Shown piece after piece: positions 28,183-38,132 of a DNA stretch of 64,000 bases; the first letter of the stretch is position 1, and every line of letters begins with the position of its first letter. The translations under genes and the position numbers were made by a program. The notes beneath the pieces were generated by a model. That model saw only the letters and a program-made list of their open reading frames with translations, did no database searches and was not told the origin of the DNA. The stretch is from assembly GCA_047601445.1 (NCBI GenBank), contig JASGJH010000001.1, positions 2,752,001 through 2,816,000 on the forward strand. Reading direction: 5' to 3'. This DNA comes from Myxococcales bacterium. Its GTDB lineage: Bacteria; Myxococcota_A; Polyangia; Polyangiales; DASUME01.

Positions 28183-29429
28183 GGAGCTCCCGAAGTTCGC
28201 ATGCTTGCGGGATCGTTGGAGGTGCCCGGCGAGGTGGCCGGCACGGTGGCCGGCGCGGAGCTAGGAGACGGGGCAGAAGCGGGTTCTGGCGCGGGCGAAG
28301 AGACCGCTGGTTTGGCCACTTCTGCGGGCAAACCGCCCAAACCCGGGGGTTGCTCCAAGAGCAGCGTGCGAGTTCGTTCCAGGTCCTTGCGGGTGGCTTC
28401 CGCCCACTCGGTTTGGACGCCTGTGCGCTCGACCATCATAAGCGTGAGCTCCCAGTAGCGGATCGCGTGGCGTAAAAGCGGCTTGATCAGCTTGGCCAAT
28501 TCCTGGGGATAAACCGCCTTGGCCGGCTCAGAAAGTGTCTTGGGCACCGGTGCGCCCATCAGATCGTGCCAGAGCTTGTCGTACATGGCGCCGATGCGAT
28601 TGCCGGAGGCGGCCGCCCAGTGTGCGTTGGTGAAGCGCACGGCGTTGAAGTACTCGCGCTGTGCGTCCAGCAGCATCTGGGCGCGCTTCACGAGCACGGC
28701 GCGTTGCTCGTCCTGATTCGTGTCCGGAAACGCCATCGCCTCGGCGCGCAGGCGAATGGTCTCCGCCACGACGAAGTTGGCGGCGGCGGCGTAGTAGGGG
28801 TCGGTGGCCAGATCTTCGGGGTGCGTGCGGTAGTAGGTGAGCGTTTGTTGGGCCTGGCGCTCGGCGGCCTCGAGGTCGTTGCGCCCGAGCAAGGCCTGGG
28901 AGCGCATGGCCATGGCCTCCACGCGCTCGGCGCCGTCGAGATCGGCGCGGGCCAGCAAGGAGTCGGACAACGAAAGGGCCTGCTCCCACTCCCCCATGTC
29001 GGTGCGCAGATGGCCAGCCTGGAACGTGGCGTGTTTCACGTCCGGCGATCCCGGTAGCGCAGCGATCAAGGCTTCGAAATGCGCCAGGGCCCCCGCCTTG
29101 TCGCCCAGCTGAGCCAGGCACAGGCCTGCGTTGTAGTAGGCGGCCGAAGCGTATTGGCTGGAGGCGAACTCGCCGGTGATGCGGTCGTAGAGGGGGACGG
29201 CGCTCTGACAACGCCCGGCGTCCAGCTCCGAGTTGGCGCGCTGGAACAGCTCCTCGGCGTCGTAGCTTTCGAAACTGTAGTTCCCCGCTTCGTCGTGCTT
29301 GGCGACGATGCGCAGGGCCTCCATCTCGACCACTTTGTTGGGGGTGGTGGGCTGCGCCGTACGTGCAGCGCAGCCCGACGACAGGGCCAGACTCAAGAGC
29401 AGCGATGCCTGCGGAGACAGCTTCTTCAT
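28179..29429 (-). CDS. Tetratricopeptide-repeat lipoprotein
   Basis: MKK + hydrophobic stretch + SSGC lipobox; TPR helices (AAYYNAGLCLAQLGD); Pro/Ser-rich tail; ATG 29429 chosen. Confidence 0.8.
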   Translation of the reverse strand: MKKLSPQASLLLSLALSSGCAARTAQPTTPNKVVEMEALRIVAKHDEAGNYSFESYDAEELFQRANSELDAGRCQSAVPLYDRITGEFASSQYASAAYYNAGLCLAQLGDKAGALAHFEALIAALPGSPDVKHATFQAGHLRTDMGEWEQALSLSDSLLARADLDGAERVEAMAMRSQALLGRNDLEAAERQAQQTLTYYRTHPEDLATDPYYAAAANFVVAETIRLRAEAMAFPDTNQDEQRAVLVKRAQMLLDAQREYFNAVRFTNAHWAAASGNRIGAMYDKLWHDLMGAPVPKTLSEPAKAVYPQELAKLIKPLLRHAIRYWELTLMMVERTGVQTEWAEATRKDLERTRTLLLEQPPGLGGLPAEVAKPAVSSPAPEPASAPSPSSAPATVPATSPGTSNDPASMRTSGAP

Positions 29430-29682
29430 GGCTAACGCTAAAGACGCCCTTTCGGAGGAAAGGTTCTGCGATGTTTGGTCGTAACAGCTGTTACGGTGTG
29501 ACGCCGTCCGGCCGGGGGGCCGAGTGTTACGCAGGGGTGTTACACCCGGCGTCGCCTCCGGGCCAGGACGACTAGATCGCGAAAAACCGCGTAAATTCGC
29601 GACGCGAACGAGTTGGCACAGTGGGTGCATTTGGGGGTTGCGAGCGGTGAGAGAACGCCGCTGCACGAAAGGCCCCCCGACG

Positions 29683-30315
29683 ATGACGACGAGCGCAGTT
29701 GCCCCCTCCTTCCTGGCTTCAGAGTGGACCGAGATGGAGCTCCTGCAGCAGATGCTGAAGCGCGATGGACGTGCGTGGCGCGAGTTCCACACTCGCTACG
29801 ACCGCCTGATCTACCGCGCTATCCACAAGGTGACCCAGCGCTTCGCCGCGGTCCTGAGCAGCGCCGACGTCGATGAGATCTACGCGCTCTTCATGTGCAG
29901 CCTGAATACGCGCGACATGCACAAGTTGCGCACTTTCGAGCCCGAGCGCGGTCACCGCCTCAGCACCTGGATCGGCCTCTTGGCTACCAACGCGGCCTGG
30001 GATTACCTGCGCACCGTGGCCCGTCAGCCGGTACGCGCGAACGCCCTCGAGGCGGAGGACCTGCGCTGCAGCAGCCCGGATCCGTTCCACGCGCTGGCGG
30101 CCAAGGAGGAGTGGTCGCGCGTCAGCGACATGCTGAGCGGGTTCTCCGAGAAGGACCGGACGTTCGTGGACCTGTTCTTCTTGCAGGGCCGCACGCCGGA
30201 GCAGATCGCCGAGGAGATGCAGATCTCGGTCAAGACCGTGTACAGCAAGAAGCACAAGATCCGCTGTCGTCTCGAGAGCGTGCTCGGCATCGCATCGACG
30301 GCCGAAGCGGCCTGA
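29683..30315 (+). CDS. ECF-type RNA polymerase sigma factor
   Basis: Region 2 (AWREFHTRYDRLIY...LSTWIGLLATNAAWDYLR) and region 4 (PEQIAEEMQISVKTVYSKKHK). Confidence 0.9.
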   Translation: MTTSAVAPSFLASEWTEMELLQQMLKRDGRAWREFHTRYDRLIYRAIHKVTQRFAAVLSSADVDEIYALFMCSLNTRDMHKLRTFEPERGHRLSTWIGLLATNAAWDYLRTVARQPVRANALEAEDLRCSSPDPFHALAAKEEWSRVSDMLSGFSEKDRTFVDLFFLQGRTPEQIAEEMQISVKTVYSKKHKIRCRLESVLGIASTAEAA

Positions 30316-30390
30316 TCGACGCTCGCTGCGCGCCGACGGCGGCGCGACCGTTTTCTTGGCCCGATACGCACACTGTCTTACATTGTGTCC

Positions 30391-30759
30391 ATGACTGGTC
30401 ATGAACGACGTCGAGCCCCTCGCGTGCCTGTTTCCGTGTACTTGGAGCAGCACGTCGAAGGCCAAACCCACCGCTGTTTCTCGAGCAATCTGAGTCGCTC
30501 GGGCCTCTATATGGAACGCCCGATCGCGTCCTTCGTCCGGCACAGCGCCTCGGTCCAGCTGGAGATTCCGCTGCCCGACGGCCAGCCCGAGCCGCTCTGG
30601 GCGAGCGCGGAAGTCGTCTACGACTGCTTCGACGCGCTGTTTCACGGAACAGCGGTCCGCTTCACGGCGCTGGGTAGCCGCGATCAGGCGCGCCTCGATG
30701 CGTTTCTCGCCCAGTCGGGCGGCGAAGCTCCGGTGGTGCTCGAAGCGCAGGTGGCCTGA
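30391..30759 (+). CDS. Stand-alone PilZ-domain protein
   Basis: ERRRAPRVP (RxxxR) and NLSRSG (D/NxSxxG), AEVV...GTAVRF. Confidence 0.85.
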   Translation: MTGHERRRAPRVPVSVYLEQHVEGQTHRCFSSNLSRSGLYMERPIASFVRHSASVQLEIPLPDGQPEPLWASAEVVYDCFDALFHGTAVRFTALGSRDQARLDAFLAQSGGEAPVVLEAQVA

Positions 30760-30876
30760 GCACTACGCGGGCGGGAGCCGCCGTCGTCCTTGGCTCCTCC
30801 GGTTTTTTGTGCGACTGCTTGGGCGCGCCGAGGGCAGAGCTGCCGGTAAACTCGGTAGCTCCAGCCTGTTCCACGG

Positions 30877-33288
30877 ATGCGTTCTTCTCTTCTTTCGCCC
30901 TCGTTTTCCGCGCCCATCGGCCGGCTCGTCCTTTGCGGACGCGCGTCGCGCAGGGCGCTGCGATGGGGAGCGCTGGTGTTGATTGGCCTGGTCGCCGCGT
31001 GCGGCGGCGCCAAACCGCGCCCCGAAGTGGCCTTGCCTGCACCGCCTCCGAGCGCAGTCGAGAAGCTCGCGGCGGGCTCCACGCTCGTGGTGGTGCGCCC
31101 TACCCCGCGTGTCGCGCGCATGTCGCTGTGGTTCGACGCTGGCTCCCGTGACGGCACGCCGCCTCAGCTCGCGGCGGCGAGCGCCTACTGGGCCGAGGAG
31201 CACACCGGGGCGAGCGTACGAGTGCTGCCGGACGGCACCGAGCTCAGCCTGTTGTGCGACACGCATGGGCGCGGCGTGGAGGCGTGCGTGGGGCAGTTGG
31301 CGCGCGCATTCGGCTTGAGCGCGCCGAGCCAAGCCGACTGCGAGCGCCTGCGGGCAAAAGTGCGTCAGGCGCGGGTGCGCAGCCGTGGTGACGGCACGCG
31401 CGAGGCGGACGAGCTCGCCTTCGAAGCCCTGTTCGGAAAGACCGCGGCGAGCTTGTTCCCACTGGGCGCCGAGGCGGACGACGCCCAGCTTGACCCGAAG
31501 AACATCCAGCGCTTTCTCGGAGAGTTCTATCGCCCCGCCCGCGCGCTCTTGATCGCCGCCGGCGACGTGGACCAAGCGCGCGTGTCGGCCGCCTTCGACA
31601 AAGCTGCCTCCAAGCAGCGCAGTGGGGCCAAACCTCGTGAGGCCCTTGCGCTGCCGACGCAGTCGGGGCTGCAGCTGCGGGCCGGCAAGCAAGCCTGGTT
31701 GTCCTTCGCCCTCGCCACCCCTTCGACCCAGGCTGCGGCGGCAGTCGGCTTTCAGATGCAGCGCCTGTACCCGCAGGCGCTCGCCAAGATCACCAACCTG
31801 CGCGGCGCACGCGTGCTCCACCTGCGCATGCCGGCGGGGGAGCGTCCGGCGCGACGATTGCAGCGCGCCGTGTTCGATCTGCGGCGACTGGCCCTGGAAA
31901 CGGCGGCCAAACAGGCGCCACGGCCCGAAGAATCCCTGGAGAACTTGACCCGCTTGCTGGGCGAGGACTGGGCGGCGCGCGGGCCGATCGCGCCCCCGCC
32001 GAATCCGTGGCCGCTCGGCGTGGCGCTGGTCGTGAACACCGAGAGTGCGGCGCCCGAGGACCTCGACAAGAAGCTCCAGACGTTGGCCAAGGAAGCGCAG
32101 GCGGCAATCACCGCGGGTGAACGCAACAGCCTGGGTGAGACGCGCGGGACGCTGGGTGCCCTCGCGGCCGATGTCACGGGCGAGCAGGGCGCCGAGATCC
32201 ACGTGCGACGACGACAGGGCGATGCCTGGATGTCCGCGGTGGTGCGTTTCGCGGGCGGCAGCGAGCTCGATTCGGCGACACGGCATGGGCGCAGCGCGCT
32301 GCTGGCGACGTTGATGAGTGATAGCTGCCGCTTCACGGCCGACGCCAGCCTGGACGCTCGTCTGATTGAGCTCGGCGTCAGCCTGACCCCGCTGGTCTCG
32401 CCCACCCACGTCGGGCTGCTGGTGACGGCCCCGAGCGAGCGCTGGAGCGAAGCACTCGACGCCGTGCTCCGCTGCGCACTGGGCCCCAGCTTGACGTCGC
32501 GCGCGCTGGACGACGCGCGCCTGAAGCTGCTCCGCACCCTGTGGGCCGAACCCGAGCCGAGATTGGCGAGCGCGCTAGGCCATCTGCTGACCCCGACCGC
32601 CCCGGGCAGCCTGGCGCCCTGGGGTTCGCCCCAGACCATCGCCAGCGTGCACATCAACGAGATTCGGAGGCTGCACGCGGAGCTCGCCGTGGCGCGAAGG
32701 CTGTCGATCCTCGCGGTGAGCGACGCCGAGGTCACGGAGGTCGCACGCTTCATCGCACGCCGGGTCGCGGCGCTCGCGCCGGGGGAAGCTGCTCCCAAGC
32801 TCGCGGCGCCTTCGGTCCCCGAGGGCGTACGCGGTGAACTCACGGAGGAAGGGGCACTGCGGGCCATCGTGGGGGTGCGCGTGACCGAGCGTGGCGCCGA
32901 CCCGATGGCAGCGCGCGTGTTCGCGGACTTGCTGGGCGAGGCGCTGGCCAAGCGCGCGCTCGTGCTGCTGCACGGTTGGGGCGAGCGAAATTCGGAGTCG
33001 CTGTCGAGCGGTGTGGCGTTGGCTCTCCAGGAGGAAGCCCTGACGACGCTCGACCGCAGCGTGCGCGACGCGCTCTCGGAACTGCAGCACCTGCCAGATG
33101 CTGCCGTGCTCGCGCGCCTGGTGAAGGCGAACCTCGAGCGCGCCGCGCGCAGTTCGACCGCGCGCGGCTACGCCCGGGCGTTCTTCTCGGATGAGCCGAG
33201 CGACGCGCGGACGGACCAGCAGCTCGCGTCGTTTCGGCGGCTGAGCCAGGCGACTCCGGCCTTCTTCGTACTGCGACCCGCACCTTGA
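30877..33288 (+). CDS. Peptidase M16 (insulinase)-like lipoprotein, probably catalytically inactive; start uncertain
   Basis: LVAAC lipobox, LWFDAGSRD, FYRPARALLIAAGDVD, VRFAGGSELD...GRSALLATLM; no HxxEH. Confidence 0.65.
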   Translation: MRSSLLSPSFSAPIGRLVLCGRASRRALRWGALVLIGLVAACGGAKPRPEVALPAPPPSAVEKLAAGSTLVVVRPTPRVARMSLWFDAGSRDGTPPQLAAASAYWAEEHTGASVRVLPDGTELSLLCDTHGRGVEACVGQLARAFGLSAPSQADCERLRAKVRQARVRSRGDGTREADELAFEALFGKTAASLFPLGAEADDAQLDPKNIQRFLGEFYRPARALLIAAGDVDQARVSAAFDKAASKQRSGAKPREALALPTQSGLQLRAGKQAWLSFALATPSTQAAAAVGFQMQRLYPQALAKITNLRGARVLHLRMPAGERPARRLQRAVFDLRRLALETAAKQAPRPEESLENLTRLLGEDWAARGPIAPPPNPWPLGVALVVNTESAAPEDLDKKLQTLAKEAQAAITAGERNSLGETRGTLGALAADVTGEQGAEIHVRRRQGDAWMSAVVRFAGGSELDSATRHGRSALLATLMSDSCRFTADASLDARLIELGVSLTPLVSPTHVGLLVTAPSERWSEALDAVLRCALGPSLTSRALDDARLKLLRTLWAEPEPRLASALGHLLTPTAPGSLAPWGSPQTIASVHINEIRRLHAELAVARRLSILAVSDAEVTEVARFIARRVAALAPGEAAPKLAAPSVPEGVRGELTEEGALRAIVGVRVTERGADPMAARVFADLLGEALAKRALVLLHGWGERNSESLSSGVALALQEEALTTLDRSVRDALSELQHLPDAAVLARLVKANLERAARSSTARGYARAFFSDEPSDARTDQQLASFRRLSQATPAFFVLRPAP

Positions 33289-33293
33289 TCTGA

Positions 33294-33669
33294 CGGGGAG
33301 GGCACGCGCCCTCCCCGCCCGTCGCGGCAAAGCCGCAACGGGACCCACCCCACCGCGAGGGTCGCTACGCTCACAGTGCACTCACCCGCCACGCAAGAGG
33401 GCACGCGCCCTCCCCGCCCGTCGCGGCAAAGCCGCAACGGGACCCACCCCACCGCGAGGGTCGCTACGCTCACAGTGCACTCACCCGCCACGCAAGAGGG
33501 CACGCGCCCTCCCCGCCCGTCGCGGCAAAGCCGCAACGGGACCCACCCCACCGCGAGGGTCGCTACGCTCACAGTGCACTCACCCGCCACGCAAGAGGGC
33601 ACGCGCCCTCCCCGCCCGTCGCGGCAAGCCGCAACGGGACCCACCCACCGCGAGGGTCGCTACGCTCAC
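33294..33669. repeat. 99-bp structured tandem repeat, about 3.8 copies (REP/BIME-like)
   Basis: Units start at 33298, 33397, 33496 and 33595; first three identical, fourth truncated with two 1-nt homopolymer deletions; each unit has hairpins GAGGGC/GCCCTC, CCCGT-GCGGC/GCCGC-ACGGG and GACCC/GGGTC. Confidence 0.95.
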
Positions 33670-33727
33670 CGATTGCACCGCGTTTGTAGGCGTTGACGCG
33701 TGGTTTTGGCGGTGCTAGCGAGAATCG

Positions 33728-34438
33728 GTGGCGGAAACTGAACCTTCATTCAACGAGGGGACGGGCGAGCGCGGCGAGAGCGGCGACGGCGAGACGGTCC
33801 AGGCCAGCCCGCGAAAGAAGCGAAAGCCCGCGCGGCGCAAGGATGGCGCGGCCGAGGGCAAGCGTGAGCGCATCTTACGAGCCGCCATCAAGGTGTTCGC
33901 GCGCAAGGGCTTCTACTCGACCCGCGTCAGCGAGATCGCCAAGGCCGCAGGCGTGGCCGACGGCACTATCTACCTGTACTTCAAGAACAAGGACGACGTC
34001 CTCATCTCGATCTTTCAGGACCACACGACCAAGCTGATCGAGCTGATGTCCGAGGCCATCGCGGAGCAGAGCGGCTTCGAAGCGAAGTTTCGGGTGTGCC
34101 TGGACATCCAGCTCGGCTTGCTCGATGGCTCACGCGAGCTGGCCGAGGTGGTCACGGTGAACCTGCGCCAGTCATCCCGCCTGCTCAAGCAGTACGGCGC
34201 ACCACTGTTCGGTCGCTACCTCGACACACTGGCCGGGGTGTTCGAAGAGGGGCAGGCGCAGGGGCTCGTGCGTGAGGATCTGAGCCCACGCGTGCTCGCG
34301 CGCGCGCTATGGGGCTCGCTCGATGCGATCACGTTGGGCTGGGCGCTGGGCGGTGGCGACGAGCAGGCGATGAAGCGCTCGGCACAACAGGTCGCCAGCA
34401 CCTTCCTGGACGGCGTTCGTAGTGCCAGGAAGTCTTGA
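33728..34438 (+). CDS. TetR-family transcriptional regulator (FadR/YsiA-like)
   Basis: RILRAAIKVFARKGFY...IAKAAGVADGTIYLYFKNKDDVL; lies upstream of etfBA. Confidence 0.92.
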   Translation: MAETEPSFNEGTGERGESGDGETVQASPRKKRKPARRKDGAAEGKRERILRAAIKVFARKGFYSTRVSEIAKAAGVADGTIYLYFKNKDDVLISIFQDHTTKLIELMSEAIAEQSGFEAKFRVCLDIQLGLLDGSRELAEVVTVNLRQSSRLLKQYGAPLFGRYLDTLAGVFEEGQAQGLVREDLSPRVLARALWGSLDAITLGWALGGGDEQAMKRSAQQVASTFLDGVRSARKS

Positions 34439-34463
34439 CACCTACCCCCTTCGATCCTACACC
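34435..34463 (+). promoter_or_regulatory. Candidate sigma70 promoter for etfBA
   Basis: TTGACA-N17-TACACC; perfect -35, weak -10. Confidence 0.3.
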
Positions 34464-34569
34464 CCCGCGTCGCGAAATTTCGTCGAGTTCCCCCTTGGAG
34501 AACCGCGTGTGATCAAGCTTTTCTCGCGGATCATCGCGGCTCGGCCCAGGGCCTGAATGGAGGCTGTGC

Positions 34570-35400
34570 GTGAAGATCCTCGTTCCCGTCAAGCGGGTCA
34601 GCGACCCGGACAATGCCAACAAAGTCAAGGTTGCCGGCGACGGCAAGTCCGTGACCACCGAAGGCCTGGAATGGAAGCCAAATCCATTCGATGAGTACGC
34701 GGTCGAGACCGCGCTGCGCCTCAACGAAAACGCCAAGGGCACCGACAAGCTCGGCGAGACCGTGGTGGTCACGCTGGGTCCGAAGGACGCTGCGCAGACG
34801 CTGCGCCAGGCCCTCGCCATGGGCGCCGACCGCGGCATCCTGGTCGAAGCCGACGACAACAAGCTCGACTCCCTCGTCGTGGCGCGCGCCCTCAAGGCGA
34901 TCGTCGAGAAGGAGAAGCCGGACCTCGTGCTGCTCGGCAAGCAGGCCGTCGACGGCGACTCCAACGCCACCGGCCAGATCCTCGCGGAGCTCCTCGGCTG
35001 GCCTCAGGCGACCTTCGCCATGTCCATCTCCACCGCTGACGGCGGCAAGAGCCTCACGGTCGGCCGCGAAGTCGACACCGGCGTGCTCACGGTCAAGGTG
35101 CAGACCCCCGCGGTCGTCACCGTCGACCTCCGCATCGTTTCGCCCAAGGCCGTGCAGAACGGCGTGACCCCCGCGACGCACGAGTACGCCGACGGCGCTC
35201 GTTACGCCTCGCTCAAGGGCATCATGCAGGCGAAGAAGAAGCCGATCGCCGAGCAGGCGCTGGCCAGCCTGGGCAGCGACGTGACGCCCGGCACCACCTA
35301 TCTCAAGGCCGAGCTGCCGCCCGCCCGCAAGGCCGGTGTGGTGGTCGACAGCGTCGACGCGCTGGTCGCCAAGCTGAAGAACGAAGCCAAGGTCATCTGA
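34570..35400 (+). CDS. etfB: Electron transfer flavoprotein beta subunit
   Basis: KILVPVKRV, NPFDEYAVE, ALAMGADRG, GKQAVDGD, RYASLKGIMQAKKK. Confidence 0.97.
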   Translation: MKILVPVKRVSDPDNANKVKVAGDGKSVTTEGLEWKPNPFDEYAVETALRLNENAKGTDKLGETVVVTLGPKDAAQTLRQALAMGADRGILVEADDNKLDSLVVARALKAIVEKEKPDLVLLGKQAVDGDSNATGQILAELLGWPQATFAMSISTADGGKSLTVGREVDTGVLTVKVQTPAVVTVDLRIVSPKAVQNGVTPATHEYADGARYASLKGIMQAKKKPIAEQALASLGSDVTPGTTYLKAELPPARKAGVVVDSVDALVAKLKNEAKVI

Positions 35401-35431
35401 GCCCCAGACAACGGACGAAGAGGAGAGTGTC

Positions 35432-36400
35432 ATGACAGACGTACTTGTTGTCGCGGAGCTCATTGATGGCGGCCTGCGCAAGACGACGCTGAACGCGATC
35501 AGCGCCGCGCGGACCATCGCCCAGGGAACGGGCGGCGCTTTCGACGTGCTGGCCATCGGCCAGGGCGCAGCGAAGGCAGCTGGCGAAGTGGGTGCCTTCG
35601 GCGCTCGCAAGGTATTCGCCACGGAAATCGCCGGCGGCTACACCGCTGAAGGCTACGCGGCCACGGTCGCGCAGCTCGGCAAGGGCTACGGCGTGGTGCT
35701 CGCCACCGCCAGCACCTACGGCAAGGACCTCTTGCCGCGCGTCGCCGCCAAGCTCAATGCGGGCCTGGCGAGCGATATCTCGAAGGTGAACGTGGAGGGC
35801 GGCAAGCTCTCCTACAAGCGTCCCACCTACGCCGGCAACGTGTACGCCACGATGGAAGTCACCACGCCCATCCAGGTCGTCAGCGTGCGTCAGTCGGAGT
35901 TCGAGCAGGCCGCCCCGAGCGGTGGTTCGAGCCCGGTGGAGAGCTACGCCGTCGTCGCGGATCCCGCGGCGAGCAAGGTGCAGTTCGTGAGCATCGAGTC
36001 CGTCAAGAGCGCGCGTCCTGACCTCGCCGAGGCAGCGATCGTCGTTTCTGGCGGTCGCGCTCTCAAGAGCTCGGAGAACTTCAAGACGGTGCTCGAGCCC
36101 CTCGTCGACGCCTTCGGCGCCGCCATGGGCGCCTCGCGCGCGGCTTGCGACGCGGGCTACGTGCCCAACGATCTGCAGGTCGGTCAGACCGGCAAGGTCG
36201 TGGCCCCCAAGCTCTACGTGGCAGTGGGCATCAGCGGCGCCATCCAGCACCTTGCGGGCATGAAGGGCTCGAAGGTCATCGTGGCCGTCAACAAGGACAA
36301 GGAAGCCCCTATCGCGCAGGTGGCGGACTACTTCCTGGTGGCCGACCTCTTCAAGGCGGTCCCCGAGCTGACCGAGGCCGTGAAGAAGGCGCGCGGCTGA
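35432..36400 (+). CDS. etfA: Electron transfer flavoprotein alpha subunit
   Basis: [39 protein letters not shown]. Confidence 0.97.
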   Translation: MTDVLVVAELIDGGLRKTTLNAISAARTIAQGTGGAFDVLAIGQGAAKAAGEVGAFGARKVFATEIAGGYTAEGYAATVAQLGKGYGVVLATASTYGKDLLPRVAAKLNAGLASDISKVNVEGGKLSYKRPTYAGNVYATMEVTTPIQVVSVRQSEFEQAAPSGGSSPVESYAVVADPAASKVQFVSIESVKSARPDLAEAAIVVSGGRALKSSENFKTVLEPLVDAFGAAMGASRAACDAGYVPNDLQVGQTGKVVAPKLYVAVGISGAIQHLAGMKGSKVIVAVNKDKEAPIAQVADYFLVADLFKAVPELTEAVKKARG

Positions 36401-36428
36401 TTCCAGCACCTGCTGGATGCGAGTGAGA

Positions 36429-36463
36429 GGGGTGAGGACGAAAGTCCCGCCCCTTTTGCTTTT
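36429..36463 (+). terminator. Intrinsic terminator after etfA
   Basis: GGGGTG-A-GGAC-GAAA-GTCC-CGCCCC followed by TTTTGCTTTT. Confidence 0.7.
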
Positions 36464-36586
36464 GTGGCGGAGCTCGAGCCGGCCTCGGCGAGTTCGGCTT
36501 TTGCCCCCCGAGACGCGCACTGTTACCCTGCCCTTTCAACCACGAGGCGTTGGGCGGTGGGAGTGGCGACAACGTTGAAGACGCGC

Positions 36587-37975
36587 ATGACGGCCGGATG
36601 GCTGGCACTCGTCGGCGCGCTGCTATGCGGTCACGCAAGCGCGGAGGCGCCAGCGTACGCAGGCAAGTATCGGGCGGGCCCGACCACGGTGATCGCCGAG
36701 GTGTCGGCTTGGGGCGAGGATTGCGGGGTCAGGCCTCAGAGCCAGACCTTGAACGAGCAGCCGATCGTCGAGGTCAAAGAGGTCGGCAACCAGCTCGAGC
36801 TCAAGTTTCCCGACCACATCCTGCGCAGCAACGGATGCTGGAGCCAGAACCCAGCCGTGAAGCTGACCGCGAGCTCGGTGGCCAACGGTCAGTGGAAGGC
36901 CGATTGTGCGACCGCCCAGGGAGACTCCAAGCGGGAGCTCGGTCACTACATCATCAGCGCGATCTCCGCGACCACGCTCGAGCTGCGCGAGGAGAGCGAG
37001 TACCTCTGGCAGCTGAAGACCTCGCACTGCACCGCCAAGGTACGCACGCTGCAGCGCCTCGAGCGCACGCACGGCGACGAGGCCAATACGCCGCCACCGG
37101 CCCCAGTCGCGACCCCCGAGCCCGCCTGCGTCCCCGGTCCCCTGGCGCGCATCAAGTTGCGCCCGCAGGAAGCTCGGATCCAGCCCGGTGAGCGCGTGTG
37201 CTTCAGCGCGCGTGGCTTCGACGCCCAGGGATGCGCCAGCGAGCTCGAGACGCGCGATCTGGAGTGGACGCTGGAGAAGGCGCCGGGCCTGCGCGGGACG
37301 CTCAACGCGGGGTGCTTTCGCGCCAGCGAGAGCACGGCGGAAGCCGAGGGCACGTTTCAGATCACCGCCCTGCGCGAGGGCAAGCGCGATCAGGTCACGG
37401 TGAGCGTTTCCATCGCAGACCTATCGGACATCACGGCCCGGCGTGATCAGGGAGGACCGAACGGGCTCTCGAACGAGGACTCCGCCTCGGGGGGCCTGGC
37501 GGGCGCGGGCGTGAAGGCTGTGGAGGTGCGCTCAGGCCCAGGGCTGGAATGGTTGCTGGCGGGTGCGGCGGCCGTGCTCGTGCTGGGGTCGCTCGCCGGT
37601 TGGCTGTGGTCTCGTCAGCGGGCTGCGGCTTCGGCGCCAGCGCCCAGGGCCGCCTCGCCCGTGGGTCCCCCCGCGAGCGCCAAGGGACCGTCGACGCCAG
37701 CTCAAGCTCAAGCCGCTGAACGGGTGACTCCGCCCGCAGCCACACCGGCAGCCCCGATCCCCGCCACTGTAGGGGGTGAGCCCATGATCTGCCCCCAGTG
37801 CCGTCGTGGCTATCCTCCGGGCTCGGAGCGCTGTCAGGGAGACGGGACGCGGTTGGTCCCCTACGCGACTTTCGTGCGAGATTCCAAGGTAAACGAGGGC
37901 CGTTCCTGCAGTGGGTGCGGCGCCGCGCTGGATGCCGATGCGCTGTTCTGCGGCAACTGCGGACGCCGCGTATGA
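36587..37975 (+). CDS. Hypothetical single-pass membrane protein with C-terminal zinc ribbons
   Basis: Signal peptide (HASA-E), Cys-containing beta-rich ectodomain, TM helix WLLAGAAAVLVLGSLAGWLW, Pro/Ala linker, CPQC...C, CSGC...CGNCG. Confidence 0.75.
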   Translation: MTAGWLALVGALLCGHASAEAPAYAGKYRAGPTTVIAEVSAWGEDCGVRPQSQTLNEQPIVEVKEVGNQLELKFPDHILRSNGCWSQNPAVKLTASSVANGQWKADCATAQGDSKRELGHYIISAISATTLELREESEYLWQLKTSHCTAKVRTLQRLERTHGDEANTPPPAPVATPEPACVPGPLARIKLRPQEARIQPGERVCFSARGFDAQGCASELETRDLEWTLEKAPGLRGTLNAGCFRASESTAEAEGTFQITALREGKRDQVTVSVSIADLSDITARRDQGGPNGLSNEDSASGGLAGAGVKAVEVRSGPGLEWLLAGAAAVLVLGSLAGWLWSRQRAAASAPAPRAASPVGPPASAKGPSTPAQAQAAERVTPPAATPAAPIPATVGGEPMICPQCRRGYPPGSERCQGDGTRLVPYATFVRDSKVNEGRSCSGCGAALDADALFCGNCGRRV

Positions 37976-38132
37976 GGCGCATTTTTTTTCCTAAGGTGCT
38001 CTAGGCAGCGGTGTCGAAGTTCTGTTAGCGTCCGCCCGCCACGGCCTACACGAGCACATGCTGCTCCATTGTGGGTAGAGGTTTCAGGGTGCCTTCGCTA
38101 CTCCAAGCACCCACTGCTGAGGACCATCGTCC

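Noticed and set aside
27975..28200. tRNA cluster as an integration site for a mobile element
   Set aside because: No integrase, no duplicated tRNA 3' end and no evident compositional shift in the window.
33294..33669. Tandem repeat as a CRISPR array, or as repeat-protein ORFs (33168..33644 minus, 33376..33696 plus)
   Set aside because: The linkers are identical rather than unique spacers, the unit is 99 bp, and no cas genes are present. The ORFs stay open only because 99 is a multiple of 3, and the frame is not preserved in copy 4.
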